From positions 150,001-182,000 of the forward strand of contig NZ_MPKA01000044.1 of NCBI RefSeq assembly GCF_001945605.1: a stretch of 32,000 nt of DNA, written 5' to 3'. The DNA is from Dubosiella newyorkensis (GTDB taxonomy: Bacteria > Bacillota_I > Bacilli_A > Erysipelotrichales > Erysipelotrichaceae). The notes under the pieces were generated by a model that saw only the letters and a program-made list of their open reading frames with translations, did not search any database and was not told the DNA's origin. The position numbers and the translations under genes were made by a program. Below, piece after piece: positions 24,104 to 32,000 of this stretch; position 1 is the stretch's first letter, and each line of letters opens with the position of its first letter.

Positions 24104-25212
24104 AGGGTTTCCTCTTCAAATTCTTCTTTGGCCGCCTTTGACATCCAAGCATCCAAAAGCGTGAAGGCGATCATAGAATCGACAACGATCCGCGCGCGAT
24201 GGGCGATACATGGGTCGTGACGTCCCTCGATCGTGAGTTCGATGTTTTCTTTCGTGTCGTATTCGACAGATTTTTGCGCTTTGAAGATCGAAGCTGTCGG
24301 CTTGATCACGGTATGGATCAAGATCGGCATTCCATTCGAAATGCCGCCATTGATGCCCGCATTGTTGTTGGAAGTCGTCTCGATCCTTCCATCGTGCGCA
24401 TACAAGGCGTCATTGGCTTCGCTTCCTTTTTTGGCGGCAAAATCAAAGCCTAGGCCAAAGCTGACGCCTTTGACTGCCGGAATGGAAAAGAGCGCGTGCG
24501 CGAGCAAGCTTTCTAAGCTGTCAAAGAAAGGTTCTCCGATTCCTGCTGGAAAGTGAGTGATCGCGCTTTCTAAGATACCGCCTACGGAATCTTTTTCGAG
24601 GGCGGCTTGCTCGATCGCGGTTTTCATTTCTTCGCCTTTTTTTTCATTGAGTGTTGGAAATTGCTTTTCGTTGAGAAGATCGATTTGTTGATCGAGTTCT
24701 TCTGCTTTTGTTGAAAAAGCATCGTCCTCAAGAGTATAAAGGGCTTCAAGATGGGTCGCGATCTTGACGCCTTTTTGATTCAGGATCTGTTTGCAGATCG
24801 AACCAGCCGCGACGATGGGCGCGGTGAGCCGGCCAGAAAAATGACCGCCTCCTCGATAGTCTTGGTAGCCATGGTATTTTTCAAAGGCGCTCCAATCGGC
24901 ATGGGAAGGACGTAGACGATATTTCAAAGGCGCGTAGTCTTTTGAGCGCTGCGCCTTGTTTTCGATAAGGATCGTCAAAGGAGAACCGGTCGTATAGCCG
25001 TTGAAGAAGCCAGAGACGATATGGATCGTGTCTTCTTCATGGCGTTGGGTGCCGGTTTTTCCTTTAGGCTTTCTAAGTTCCATGTCGTGTTCGATTTGCT
25101 TTTCGTCGATTGAAAAGCCGGCTGGCAATCCATCGAGCACGATCCCGATACAAGGTCCGTGGCTTTCGCCGAATACAGTGATTTGCAAGTTCGTTCCAAA
25201 GCTATTTTTCAT
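24100..25212 (-). CDS. aroC: Chorismate synthase
   Basis: The N-terminus FGTNLQITVFGESHGP plus RPSHAD and GRHDPC motifs identify it. Confidence 0.9.
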   Translation of the reverse strand: MKNSFGTNLQITVFGESHGPCIGIVLDGLPAGFSIDEKQIEHDMELRKPKGKTGTQRHEEDTIHIVSGFFNGYTTGSPLTILIENKAQRSKDYAPLKYRLRPSHADWSAFEKYHGYQDYRGGGHFSGRLTAPIVAAGSICKQILNQKGVKIATHLEALYTLEDDAFSTKAEELDQQIDLLNEKQFPTLNEKKGEEMKTAIEQAALEKDSVGGILESAITHFPAGIGEPFFDSLESLLAHALFSIPAVKGVSFGLGFDFAAKKGSEANDALYAHDGRIETTSNNNAGINGGISNGMPILIHTVIKPTASIFKAQKSVEYDTKENIELTIEGRHDPCIAHRARIVVDSMIAFTLLDAWMSKAAKEEFEEETL

Positions 25213-26215
25213 GAATGCCTCCTTGAAGGATCTGTCTGATTTCTGGATAGGTGATCGTTTTCATTTGCCATGAGCCTGCTTTAGGGACCTCGATGATGTT
25301 GATCGTTTCGCTTTTTCCTTTTTTATCGTGCTTGACGTAGCTTAGGATCTCTTCGGGATCGTAGTCGGGAATGGATGGGATATTCAGCTTTTCCAAGATC
25401 GCTTCCACCCGATGCTTAAGGGCGGGGTCGTTCAGAAAAAAGAGCATGCCCATGCCAATGCACTCGCCATGATAATAAGGAACATCGAAATATCGGCTTT
25501 CGAGGGCGTGGCCGATCGTATGTCCGAAATTCAAGATCGCTCTTTTTCCTTGTTCTTTTTCATCGTCTTGTACGATTTGACGTTTGAGGTCGATCGAAGC
25601 AGCGATGATCGTATCTAGATCGAGCGTGTCTTTTTCAAATTCTTGCACGAGTCTTTCATCAAGGATCAAGCCCATTTTTAAGGCTTCGACTAGACCATTG
25701 GAAATTTGACGTGGATCGAGCGTTGTCAGTGTTTCAGGGTCGATGATCACAGCTTTTGGCTGGTAAAAGGCGCCGATAATATTTTTATAGGTGTCGAAAT
25801 CGACCGCGACTTTGCCGCCAACGCTAGAATCCACTTGGGATAGAACGGTCGTAGGGATGTTGTAGAAATCAATGCCTCGCATATAGGTGCTGGCGACAAA
25901 TCCGCCAAGATCGCCGACGACTCCGCCCCCTAAAGCGATCAAAGCATCGCTTCTTGACATATGGTGTTCGATGAGTTTTTTCATGACTGTTTGATACGTT
26001 TCGAGATTTTTGTTGGCTTCACCATGGGGAAAGCAGATCACAAAAGCGTTAGGAAGCTGCGCCTGCAGCTTGTCGACCCATTTTTTTGGGAGGCCATCGT
26101 CGGTGACGATCGCGTATTTTCGGTTTGGATCGAGGTAGTTTTTGATTCGATCGAGAGCGTGATGCTCTATATATATAGGGTAGCTGTGTTCTTCCAGCTG
26201 GACTTGAAGTTGCAT
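25202..26215 (-). CDS. aroB: 3-dehydroquinate synthase
   Basis: ALGGGVVGDLGGFVASTYMRGI and NFGHTIGHALE motifs are present. SD is GAGGTGA. Confidence 0.9.
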   Translation of the reverse strand: MQLQVQLEEHSYPIYIEHHALDRIKNYLDPNRKYAIVTDDGLPKKWVDKLQAQLPNAFVICFPHGEANKNLETYQTVMKKLIEHHMSRSDALIALGGGVVGDLGGFVASTYMRGIDFYNIPTTVLSQVDSSVGGKVAVDFDTYKNIIGAFYQPKAVIIDPETLTTLDPRQISNGLVEALKMGLILDERLVQEFEKDTLDLDTIIAASIDLKRQIVQDDEKEQGKRAILNFGHTIGHALESRYFDVPYYHGECIGMGMLFFLNDPALKHRVEAILEKLNIPSIPDYDPEEILSYVKHDKKGKSETINIIEVPKAGSWQMKTITYPEIRQILQGGIHEK

Positions 26216-26233
26216 ATTTTCACCTCAATTTCC

Positions 26234-26242
26234 ATGATACCA
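26234..26242 (-). promoter_or_regulatory. Extended -10 promoter (TGgTATCAT) of aroB operon
   Basis: The reverse complement of 26234-26242 is TGGTATCAT, about 20 nt upstream of the aroB ATG. The leader is therefore very short. Confidence 0.45.
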
Positions 26243-26340
26243 TAAGAATGAAACACATTTCAGAAAATTGGTGAAAAGAATCAAGAGAATTGTTTTCTCT
26301 TTTTTTTTTTATTTATTTAATAAAAAAGCATGACAAAAAG

Positions 26341-26349
26341 TGTTATGAT
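26341..26349 (+). promoter_or_regulatory. Extended -10 promoter (TGtTATGAT) of pheA operon
   Basis: TG at 26341-26342, one nt, then TATGAT at 26344-26349. SD AGAGGTGG and the ATG at 26366 follow closely. Confidence 0.45.
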
Positions 26350-26365
26350 AACTCAGAGGTGGATT

Positions 26366-27439
26366 ATGAATCAATTGGAGAAGGCGCGAGCCAAAATCGA
26401 TTCGATCGATCGAGAACTCGCTCGTCTATACGAGGAGCGAATGAAGACGCTTCAAGATGTGGCTGCCTATAAGCAAGCCCATGGTCTAGCTGTCGTGGAT
26501 ACCTCGAGAGAAGAGGCGATCGTCCAAAAAAATCGGAAATTTATCACGGATCCCGCTTTTATGGACTCGTATGAGCGTGTGCTGCGCTTTATGATCTCGG
26601 AATCTTGTGATTATCAGCGGGCGCTTTTAGCCAAAGGAAAAGTTGGCTATGCGGGGATCGAAGGCGCTTTTTCGCATATGGTGGCCAAGCGTTTGTTCCA
26701 TGACCATACACTTGTGGCGTATTCCAATTTCGAGGATGTGTTTCAAGCCTTGGTCGATAAAAAGATCGAATTTGGCGTCATTCCTTTTGAAAATACAAAT
26801 TCTGGTCTTGTGGGCGAAGTGCTCGATGCGCTGTTGAAGTATCCGGTTTTTATTGAGCAAGTTTGGGATCAAAAGATCGAGCAGTGCTTGCTTGGGATCG
26901 AAGGTGCGACTTTAAAAGATATTGAATGGGTTTATTCGAAGGATCAAGCGCTCAACCAGTCTAGGGAATTTATTCAAAGCTTGAATGCGCAGCCAGTCGC
27001 CTATCCGAATACCGCTTTGGCCGCTCAATATGTTGCGATGCAAAGAGATAAGACGAAAGCGGCGATCGGGGCGAAAGAAAATGCGGCTTTGTATAATTTG
27101 AATATTTTGGCGAGCCGTATCGAGGAAAATAGTGAAAATACGACACGCTTTCTTGTGATTTCTAGAGAGCGGAATCAAGAGGGCGACCGCTTTGCGATGT
27201 GTGTTACTTTTAAAAACGAAGTGGGCGCTTTAGGTAAGGTCATTGAGGAGATCTCCCGACAACATTTGAATATGTGTTCGATCCAATCAAGACCGCTCAA
27301 AGGGCATCCGTTTGAATATTTTTTCTTTATTGAGATCGAGGGCAATGTAGATCAGAGGGCGCTGGATGCGATCCGTTCCGTGTGTGATCAAACAAAAGTG
27401 CTTGGATCGTATACGATGCGAAAGGAGAATAACGAATAA
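26366..27439 (+). CDS. pheA: Bifunctional chorismate mutase / prephenate dehydratase (P-protein)
   Basis: The start is set at ATG 26366 after AGAGGTGG. The chorismate mutase N-domain reads LEKARAKIDSIDRELARLYEERM. The PDT domain carries NTTRFLVIS, and the ACT domain carries IQSRPLKG. Confidence 0.85.
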   Translation: MNQLEKARAKIDSIDRELARLYEERMKTLQDVAAYKQAHGLAVVDTSREEAIVQKNRKFITDPAFMDSYERVLRFMISESCDYQRALLAKGKVGYAGIEGAFSHMVAKRLFHDHTLVAYSNFEDVFQALVDKKIEFGVIPFENTNSGLVGEVLDALLKYPVFIEQVWDQKIEQCLLGIEGATLKDIEWVYSKDQALNQSREFIQSLNAQPVAYPNTALAAQYVAMQRDKTKAAIGAKENAALYNLNILASRIEENSENTTRFLVISRERNQEGDRFAMCVTFKNEVGALGKVIEEISRQHLNMCSIQSRPLKGHPFEYFFFIEIEGNVDQRALDAIRSVCDQTKVLGSYTMRKENNE

Positions 27440-28665
27440 TGAATTTCGTAAAAGATAGCGTAAATCAAGAGCCGATCGTGGATACAGTATTCGTGATCGT
27501 CGATGCAGCAAAAAAAGCAAAAGAGAAATTTGGAGAAGACGCCGTGGTCGACGCGACGATCGGTTCTCTCTATGATGAAGAGGGCCGATTGGTGGCCTTG
27601 CCTTCTGTATTCGAGTCATTGAAAAACTTAGATAACCGTGTATTGGCCAAATACGCGGCAAGCTTTACCGGAAATCCTGATTTTAAGGATCACGTGAAAA
27701 AATGGGTGCTTCAAGATCGTTCTTCGCTCTATACGGATGTGATCGCGACGCCTGGAGGAACTGGAGCGGTCGGCATGGTCGTCAACGAGTGTCTCGATCC
27801 AGGACAGACCTTGATCATTCCTGAGATCGCTTGGGGATCGTACGCGCTCATGGCTCAAATGAATAATGTGGATGTGGCGCGCTATCATCTTTTTGATGGA
27901 GACCGGTTTGATCTGGATTCGTTTAAAAAGACGTGCGAAGAAGTGATGAAAAAACAAGATCGGCTCGTGATCATCATCAATGATCCTTGTCATAATCCGA
28001 CAGGATATTCCTTGAGCCGGAAGGAATGGAGCGATGTGATCGAGTTCTTGAATGTTTGTTCTCAAACGCATTCGGTCGTTTTGCTCAACGATATCGCCTA
28101 TATCGATTATTCGTATCGTCAAGAAAAGGCAAAGGAATATTTTGAGGTTTTTGATCAAATCAGCGACAATATCGTGGTCGTGATCGCTTTCTCTTTATCG
28201 AAATCGATGACTTCGTATGGATTGCGTTGCGGAGCGGCTCTTCTTCTAGCGAAAAAAGAAGAAGCGATCGATCAAGTCAAGACGGTATTTGAAAAGGATG
28301 CCAGGGCGACATGGTCGAATATCAACAATGGAGCGATGGCGATGTTCGTCGATGTGATGGATCATCGCCTCGAAGATTATGAAAAAGAAAAGGCGTATTA
28401 TGTAGATCTTCTTAAAAAAAGGAGCGATTTGTTCTTGAAGGAGGCTAACGAGGTCGGCTTGGCGCATTATCCTTATAAGGAAGGCTTTTTCGTAACGCTT
28501 TCGATGGACAATGATTTGCGTGATCGTTTCCATCAGGCGCTCATGGATGAACATATTTATACGGTGAAGGTCAATCAAGGCATCCGTGTCGCGATCTGTT
28601 CGCTTTCTTTAGAAAAAACAAAGGGCTTAGCTAAAAGGATGAAAGAGATCTTAAATACGATCTAA
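27439..28665 (+). CDS. Class I/II PLP-dependent aminotransferase (aspartate/aromatic-type)
   Basis: 408 aa with the PLP-lysine context FSLSKSMTSYGLRCG. The start overlaps the pheA stop (TAATG). Confidence 0.75.
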   Translation: MNFVKDSVNQEPIVDTVFVIVDAAKKAKEKFGEDAVVDATIGSLYDEEGRLVALPSVFESLKNLDNRVLAKYAASFTGNPDFKDHVKKWVLQDRSSLYTDVIATPGGTGAVGMVVNECLDPGQTLIIPEIAWGSYALMAQMNNVDVARYHLFDGDRFDLDSFKKTCEEVMKKQDRLVIIINDPCHNPTGYSLSRKEWSDVIEFLNVCSQTHSVVLLNDIAYIDYSYRQEKAKEYFEVFDQISDNIVVVIAFSLSKSMTSYGLRCGAALLLAKKEEAIDQVKTVFEKDARATWSNINNGAMAMFVDVMDHRLEDYEKEKAYYVDLLKKRSDLFLKEANEVGLAHYPYKEGFFVTLSMDNDLRDRFHQALMDEHIYTVKVNQGIRVAICSLSLEKTKGLAKRMKEILNTI

Positions 28666-28670
28666 AAATT

Positions 28671-29963
28671 ATGAAAAAATATAAACATGTGTATGATTAC
28701 TATCGAAACGCGATTCTCGATGGGTATTTAAAAAAAGAAGACACGCTGCCAAGCATTCGAAAGTCGTGTGAGATCTTTCAATGTTCGCAAACGACGATCG
28801 AACACGCGTATGAACAGCTCGTTTTAGATGGATATATTGAATCGATCGAAAAGGTGGGCTATCGCGTGCGCTTAGAGCCAGCGCAGATCAAAATGCATAA
28901 GGAGATCGAGAGCACGCCAGCGAAAGAATATGAAGAGGAATATGATCTTGATCTTCGGCCTCGTTCCGTTTCGCTTCAATCTTCCGAGATTCAAACGTGG
29001 AAGCGGTATTTGAAGCAAGCGTTCAAAGCGGAGCAAATGAGTTCTTATGGAGATCCGCAAGGGGAATTTCCACTGCGGCAGGCGCTTTCTTTATATGCCT
29101 ATAAAAACCGTGGCGTGATGTGTTTGACTGAACAGATCTTAGTGGGTCCGAATTATCAGACGTTGCTGTTTGTCCTTTGCGGCATGTTCGATGTGCCTGG
29201 GATCGTGGGAATGGAGCATCCGTTTCATCCACAGGCGAAAAGGGTCTTCGAGTCCTATGGCTGGGAAATCAAGGAAGTGGATCTCGAACATTTGAACGAT
29301 ATCGATATTTTATATATCAATTCTTCTTCTTCGGGGAAAAAACGGGAACCGATCTCAAACGAGGTGCGAGATCGTGTCCTAGAGCAGGCGGAAGAGCATG
29401 ATTTTTTGATCATCGAAGATGATTATAATGGTGAGTTGACGTATCGTTCTAAAAACCGGCGGGCGATGTATAGCGCGGATACGAATGATCGTGTCATTTA
29501 TTGTGGGTCGTTTTCTCGACTGCTTCTTCCTTCGGTGCGAATCAGTTATTTGGTGCTGAATGAGACGTGGGATCAATATTATCGTTCGCATAAGATGGAA
29601 TATGGTCCTATGGCTAGCAAGCTAGAACAAATGGCTTTTGCGAACTATATTGCGGATGGTCATTTGGAACGGCATGTTCGAAAGCTGAAGCGGGAATATC
29701 GGGATAAGTCGCTTTTAATGGAAGAAGAGCTTCAAAAGAAAGGGTTTGAATTCTTTTTGAATGAAGCGTATTTATCGTATTTGGTTCATTTACCGAATGT
29801 GGATCAAAAGAAGTTCAAGGAACTAGCAGAGCAGCGTGGGATCGGACTTCCTGAATTTGATGAGGGCTGGATGGAGATTTCTTTCGCGTCTTTGGATGAG
29901 GATTCGATCGCGGATTCGATCGAGCAGTTCGATCAATTAGTTAAAGAGAGCACGCTTTCTTAA
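28671..29963 (+). CDS. MocR/GabR-type regulator (GntR wHTH fused to aminotransferase-like domain)
   Basis: The N-terminus LPSIRKSCEIFQCSQTTIEHAYEQLVLDGYIESIEKVGYRV is a GntR wHTH. A roughly 330-aa fold-type-I aminotransferase-like domain follows. Confidence 0.8.
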   Translation: MKKYKHVYDYYRNAILDGYLKKEDTLPSIRKSCEIFQCSQTTIEHAYEQLVLDGYIESIEKVGYRVRLEPAQIKMHKEIESTPAKEYEEEYDLDLRPRSVSLQSSEIQTWKRYLKQAFKAEQMSSYGDPQGEFPLRQALSLYAYKNRGVMCLTEQILVGPNYQTLLFVLCGMFDVPGIVGMEHPFHPQAKRVFESYGWEIKEVDLEHLNDIDILYINSSSSGKKREPISNEVRDRVLEQAEEHDFLIIEDDYNGELTYRSKNRRAMYSADTNDRVIYCGSFSRLLLPSVRISYLVLNETWDQYYRSHKMEYGPMASKLEQMAFANYIADGHLERHVRKLKREYRDKSLLMEEELQKKGFEFFLNEAYLSYLVHLPNVDQKKFKELAEQRGIGLPEFDEGWMEISFASLDEDSIADSIEQFDQLVKESTLS

Positions 29964-29969
29964 TATCAT

Positions 29970-29999
29970 GTCCCATTGTATGAAATGGGACTTTTTTTT
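29970..29999 (+). terminator. Rho-independent terminator
   Basis: GTCCCAT (29970-29976) pairs with ATGGGAC (29985-29991) around an 8-nt loop, followed by T8. Confidence 0.85.
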
Positions 30000-30060
30000 A
30001 TGGTGAAAGCGCGTCTTATGTGTTAATATAAGGAAAATGAAAGGGTTTTCAGGTGAGAGT

Positions 30061-31548
30061 ATGACTGTTAGACGCGCTGGATTGTTGCTTCCTTTATTTT
30101 CAGTTCCAGGGAATCAAGGGATTGGTGATCTTGGACAAAAAACGCTCAGAATGATTGATCATATTACGGAAGCTGGTTATTCGATATGGCAGATCTTGCC
30201 CATCCAAGCGATGGGCCCTTCGCACTCTCCTTATGAGAGCGTGTCGTGTTTTGCGGGCGATCCCATTTATATCAATATTGATCGATTGAGTGAAATGTCG
30301 CTTTTGACACAGAGCTCGATCGTCAATTGTAATAAATTTAAAGACTTTGTGAATTACGATGAAGTGCGTGCTTTTAAGGAAGTATACTTTAGGAAGGCAT
30401 TTCGGAATTTCAAAAAGTTTTATGGGGATTATCAAGCGGAATTCAAGAAGTTTAAAGAAGAAGCGTTTTGGTTAGAGGATTGGACGCGTTTTGCTTTGTT
30501 CAGATCTTTGTATGAAAACGAGCCGTGGAACAAATGGGAAGAAGAGTATCGTGATTTTCCTCTTGATCATTCGAATGTGGATCTGAAAGAGCATGCCGAC
30601 GAACTTCTTTATTTGGAGTTTTTACAATTTATATTTTATAAACAATTGGATGAGGTTGTCGCGTATGCCAAAGAGAAAGGGGTCCGGCTCATGGGCGACG
30701 CTCCTTTCTATCTTTTGCACGATAGTGCGGAGGTTTGGTCGGATCGAAGTCAATTTTTGTTGGATCAAGAAGGAAAGTTGTCTTATGTGGGTGGATGCAT
30801 GCCTGAGAAGTTCCGTGATCAAGAAGCAGAGAAATTTGTATTATACGATTTTAAAAAACAAAAAGCGGAAGAGTATTCTTTTTGGCAAAAGCGGATGCGC
30901 TGGTTGGCGCGATATTATGAGATCATTCGGATCGAGCCGTTCAGCGCCATGGATACGTATTGGAGGATCCCGGCCGAAGCAACAACCGTCCGCGATGGAA
31001 AGTGGATCATTGGTCCTCGGGGCGCTTTGATCGAGATGATCGAAAAGGCGCTCCCTTCTGTTGAGCTTGTGGCCCAAGATCTTGACGCTTTGCGTCCGGA
31101 AGTGAAAGAGCTGGAAGACCAATATGGGATTCCGGGAATGGATGTTTTATTGTCACGTCTAGATACAAAGGGTTTGAAGCGCGATGTGAAAATAAATTCA
31201 GTCGTCTATACGACAACGCACGATATGCCAACGATCGAAGAAGAGTATGCGACTTTTGATGGCAATAAGCGGATCGCCTTGCGTCGCTTCTTTAAGAAAC
31301 GAGGGTATGGATATCGAAGCTTTCATGATATGGTTTGCGCGTTCGCTCTAGAGAGCGAGGCGGATACGGTTATCTTGCCTTTGCAGGATGTTTGCGGGTA
31401 TAAGGGCAATACGAGGATCGATGCGCCTGAAGTAGAGGGTGCTTCAAATTGGACGTGGAAGCTGAAGGATTTTAAGACATTTCCAGATGATTTGATGAAG
31501 TCGAGGGAGTGGATCGAGGCTTCTGGGCGGCTTAAGCAAAATGGTTGA
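30061..31548 (+). CDS. malQ: 4-alpha-glucanotransferase (amylomaltase, GH77)
   Basis: The start is set at ATG 30061 after AGGTGAGAG. The N-terminus RRAGLLLPLFSVPGNQGIGDLG, plus GDAPFY and YTTTHD motifs, are typical of MalQ. Confidence 0.85.
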   Translation: MTVRRAGLLLPLFSVPGNQGIGDLGQKTLRMIDHITEAGYSIWQILPIQAMGPSHSPYESVSCFAGDPIYINIDRLSEMSLLTQSSIVNCNKFKDFVNYDEVRAFKEVYFRKAFRNFKKFYGDYQAEFKKFKEEAFWLEDWTRFALFRSLYENEPWNKWEEEYRDFPLDHSNVDLKEHADELLYLEFLQFIFYKQLDEVVAYAKEKGVRLMGDAPFYLLHDSAEVWSDRSQFLLDQEGKLSYVGGCMPEKFRDQEAEKFVLYDFKKQKAEEYSFWQKRMRWLARYYEIIRIEPFSAMDTYWRIPAEATTVRDGKWIIGPRGALIEMIEKALPSVELVAQDLDALRPEVKELEDQYGIPGMDVLLSRLDTKGLKRDVKINSVVYTTTHDMPTIEEEYATFDGNKRIALRRFFKKRGYGYRSFHDMVCAFALESEADTVILPLQDVCGYKGNTRIDAPEVEGASNWTWKLKDFKTFPDDLMKSREWIEASGRLKQNG

Positions 31549-31601
31549 ATTTTATCTTGATTTATGGCCCGATATTCGATAAAATATCTCATTCACATCA
31601 A

Positions 31602-31630
31602 CTGATTTTTTGAAATGACTTCCTTATAAT
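31602..31630 (+). promoter_or_regulatory. Sigma-A-type promoter candidate
   Basis: CTGATT (31602-31607), a 17-nt spacer, then a perfect TATAAT (31625-31630). It lies about 28 nt upstream of the ATG at 31658. Confidence 0.4.
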
Positions 31631-31657
31631 GGAACTATATTTGAGGAGGTCAGATTT

Positions 31658-32000
31658 ATGACTGGTTTAGGAACTGGCACAAAAATTTTGTATATTGTTT
31701 TGGGAATCATCTCTTGCATCGCTGGAGTATGGTTGTTTATGTACCCTGGACTTACGGAGGGAACTCTTGGTCTAGTGATGGGTTGCATGATGATCGGCTA
31801 TGGTGTCGCAGCGATCTTATCGTATTTTGCGGAAGGTGATTTTAAACAATTTTTCCGTTTCAACTTGATCTTAGGAATCGTTTTGATCGTATTTGGGATC
31901 GTTTTGTTGATGAACATCCATGGAATGATGAATTTCTTAGGAATGTTGGTCGGCGCGTTCTTGGTGATCGATGCGGCTTTAAGGATCTGGTTGTCATTCT
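31658..32000 (+). CDS. HdeD-family (DUF308) membrane protein, 3' end outside window
   Basis: ATG at 31658 after GAGGAGG. The sequence MTGLGTGTKILYIVLGIISCIAGVWLFMYPG...LGIVLIVFGIVLL shows the repeated DUF308 TM-pair pattern. The frame stays open to the window end. Confidence 0.7.
   Translation, partial: MTGLGTGTKILYIVLGIISCIAGVWLFMYPGLTEGTLGLVMGCMMIGYGVAAILSYFAEGDFKQFFRFNLILGIVLIVFGIVLLMNIHGMMNFLGMLVGAFLVIDAALRIWLSF

Noticed and set aside
26216-26365. T-box or other riboswitch leader controlling the aro or pheA operons.
   Set aside because: Both predicted 5' UTRs are only about 10-20 nt. The whole divergent region is 150 bp and lacks specifier or antiterminator-type structures.
26290-26472. 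Phe-rich peptide MFSLFFFIYLIKK... upstream of pheA, reminiscent of a pheL-type attenuation leader.
   Set aside because: The Phe codons simply derive from the T-run. The start is TTG without an SD. The ORF runs 60 codons into pheA out of frame, and the predicted pheA promoter lies downstream of its start.
27628-28158. 176-aa antisense ORF inside the aminotransferase gene. Similar nested ORFs occur at 30593-31030, 11694-12086, 23778-24164, 14900-15280, 3235-3597 and 20625-21002.
   Set aside because: All lie fully within, and opposite to or out of frame with, genes whose products are confidently recognisable. They lack SDs and have biased, low-complexity composition (Arg-, Ser- and Ile-rich).
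31557-31585. Second promoter candidate TTGATT-17-TAAAAT upstream of the HdeD-like gene.
   Set aside because: It is plausible but redundant with the closer CTGATT-17-TATAAT element. The two cannot be distinguished from sequence alone, so only the proximal one is listed.

Overview
Chromosomal segment from a low-GC Gram-positive (Bacillota-type) genome, roughly 40-45% G+C by eye. It is densely coding and mostly housekeeping. Plus strand, left to right: the end of a man-type PTS operon (manZ tail, manO/DUF956); a three-gene operon (membrane protein, Cof-type HAD phosphatase, small wHTH-TM protein); a two-gene operon encoding a ParB/Srx-like plus BMP-like fusion protein and a metallophosphoesterase; a second complete man-family PTS (IIA-IIB-IIC-IID); and a small membrane protein. 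Next comes a 520-bp non-coding region holding three tandem ~150-bp units that each look like a small-RNA gene. A tightly packed eight-gene plus-strand cluster follows: two GT4 glycolipid-type glycosyltransferases (the second fused to RecX), an MprF-like flippase-domain protein, YhaM, RimO, a small protein, a hypoxanthine-DNA-glycosylase-like protein and dUTPase. On the minus strand are a FadR-type GntR regulator, adenine deaminase and an M20 amidohydrolase. These are followed by a ThrE-type exporter pair, two orphan small proteins, a divergent aromatic amino-acid cluster (aroB-aroC-aroA-tyrA opposite pheA-aminotransferase-MocR regulator), malQ, and the start of an HdeD-like gene. No rRNA, tRNA, CRISPR or mobile element was seen. 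The items most worth a second look are the triplicated sRNA-like units, the ParB/BMP plus phosphoesterase pair, the GT4-RecX fusion, a G11AG5 homopolymer in the gntR promoter, and a roughly five-fold GATC/CGATCG over-representation in coding sequence.
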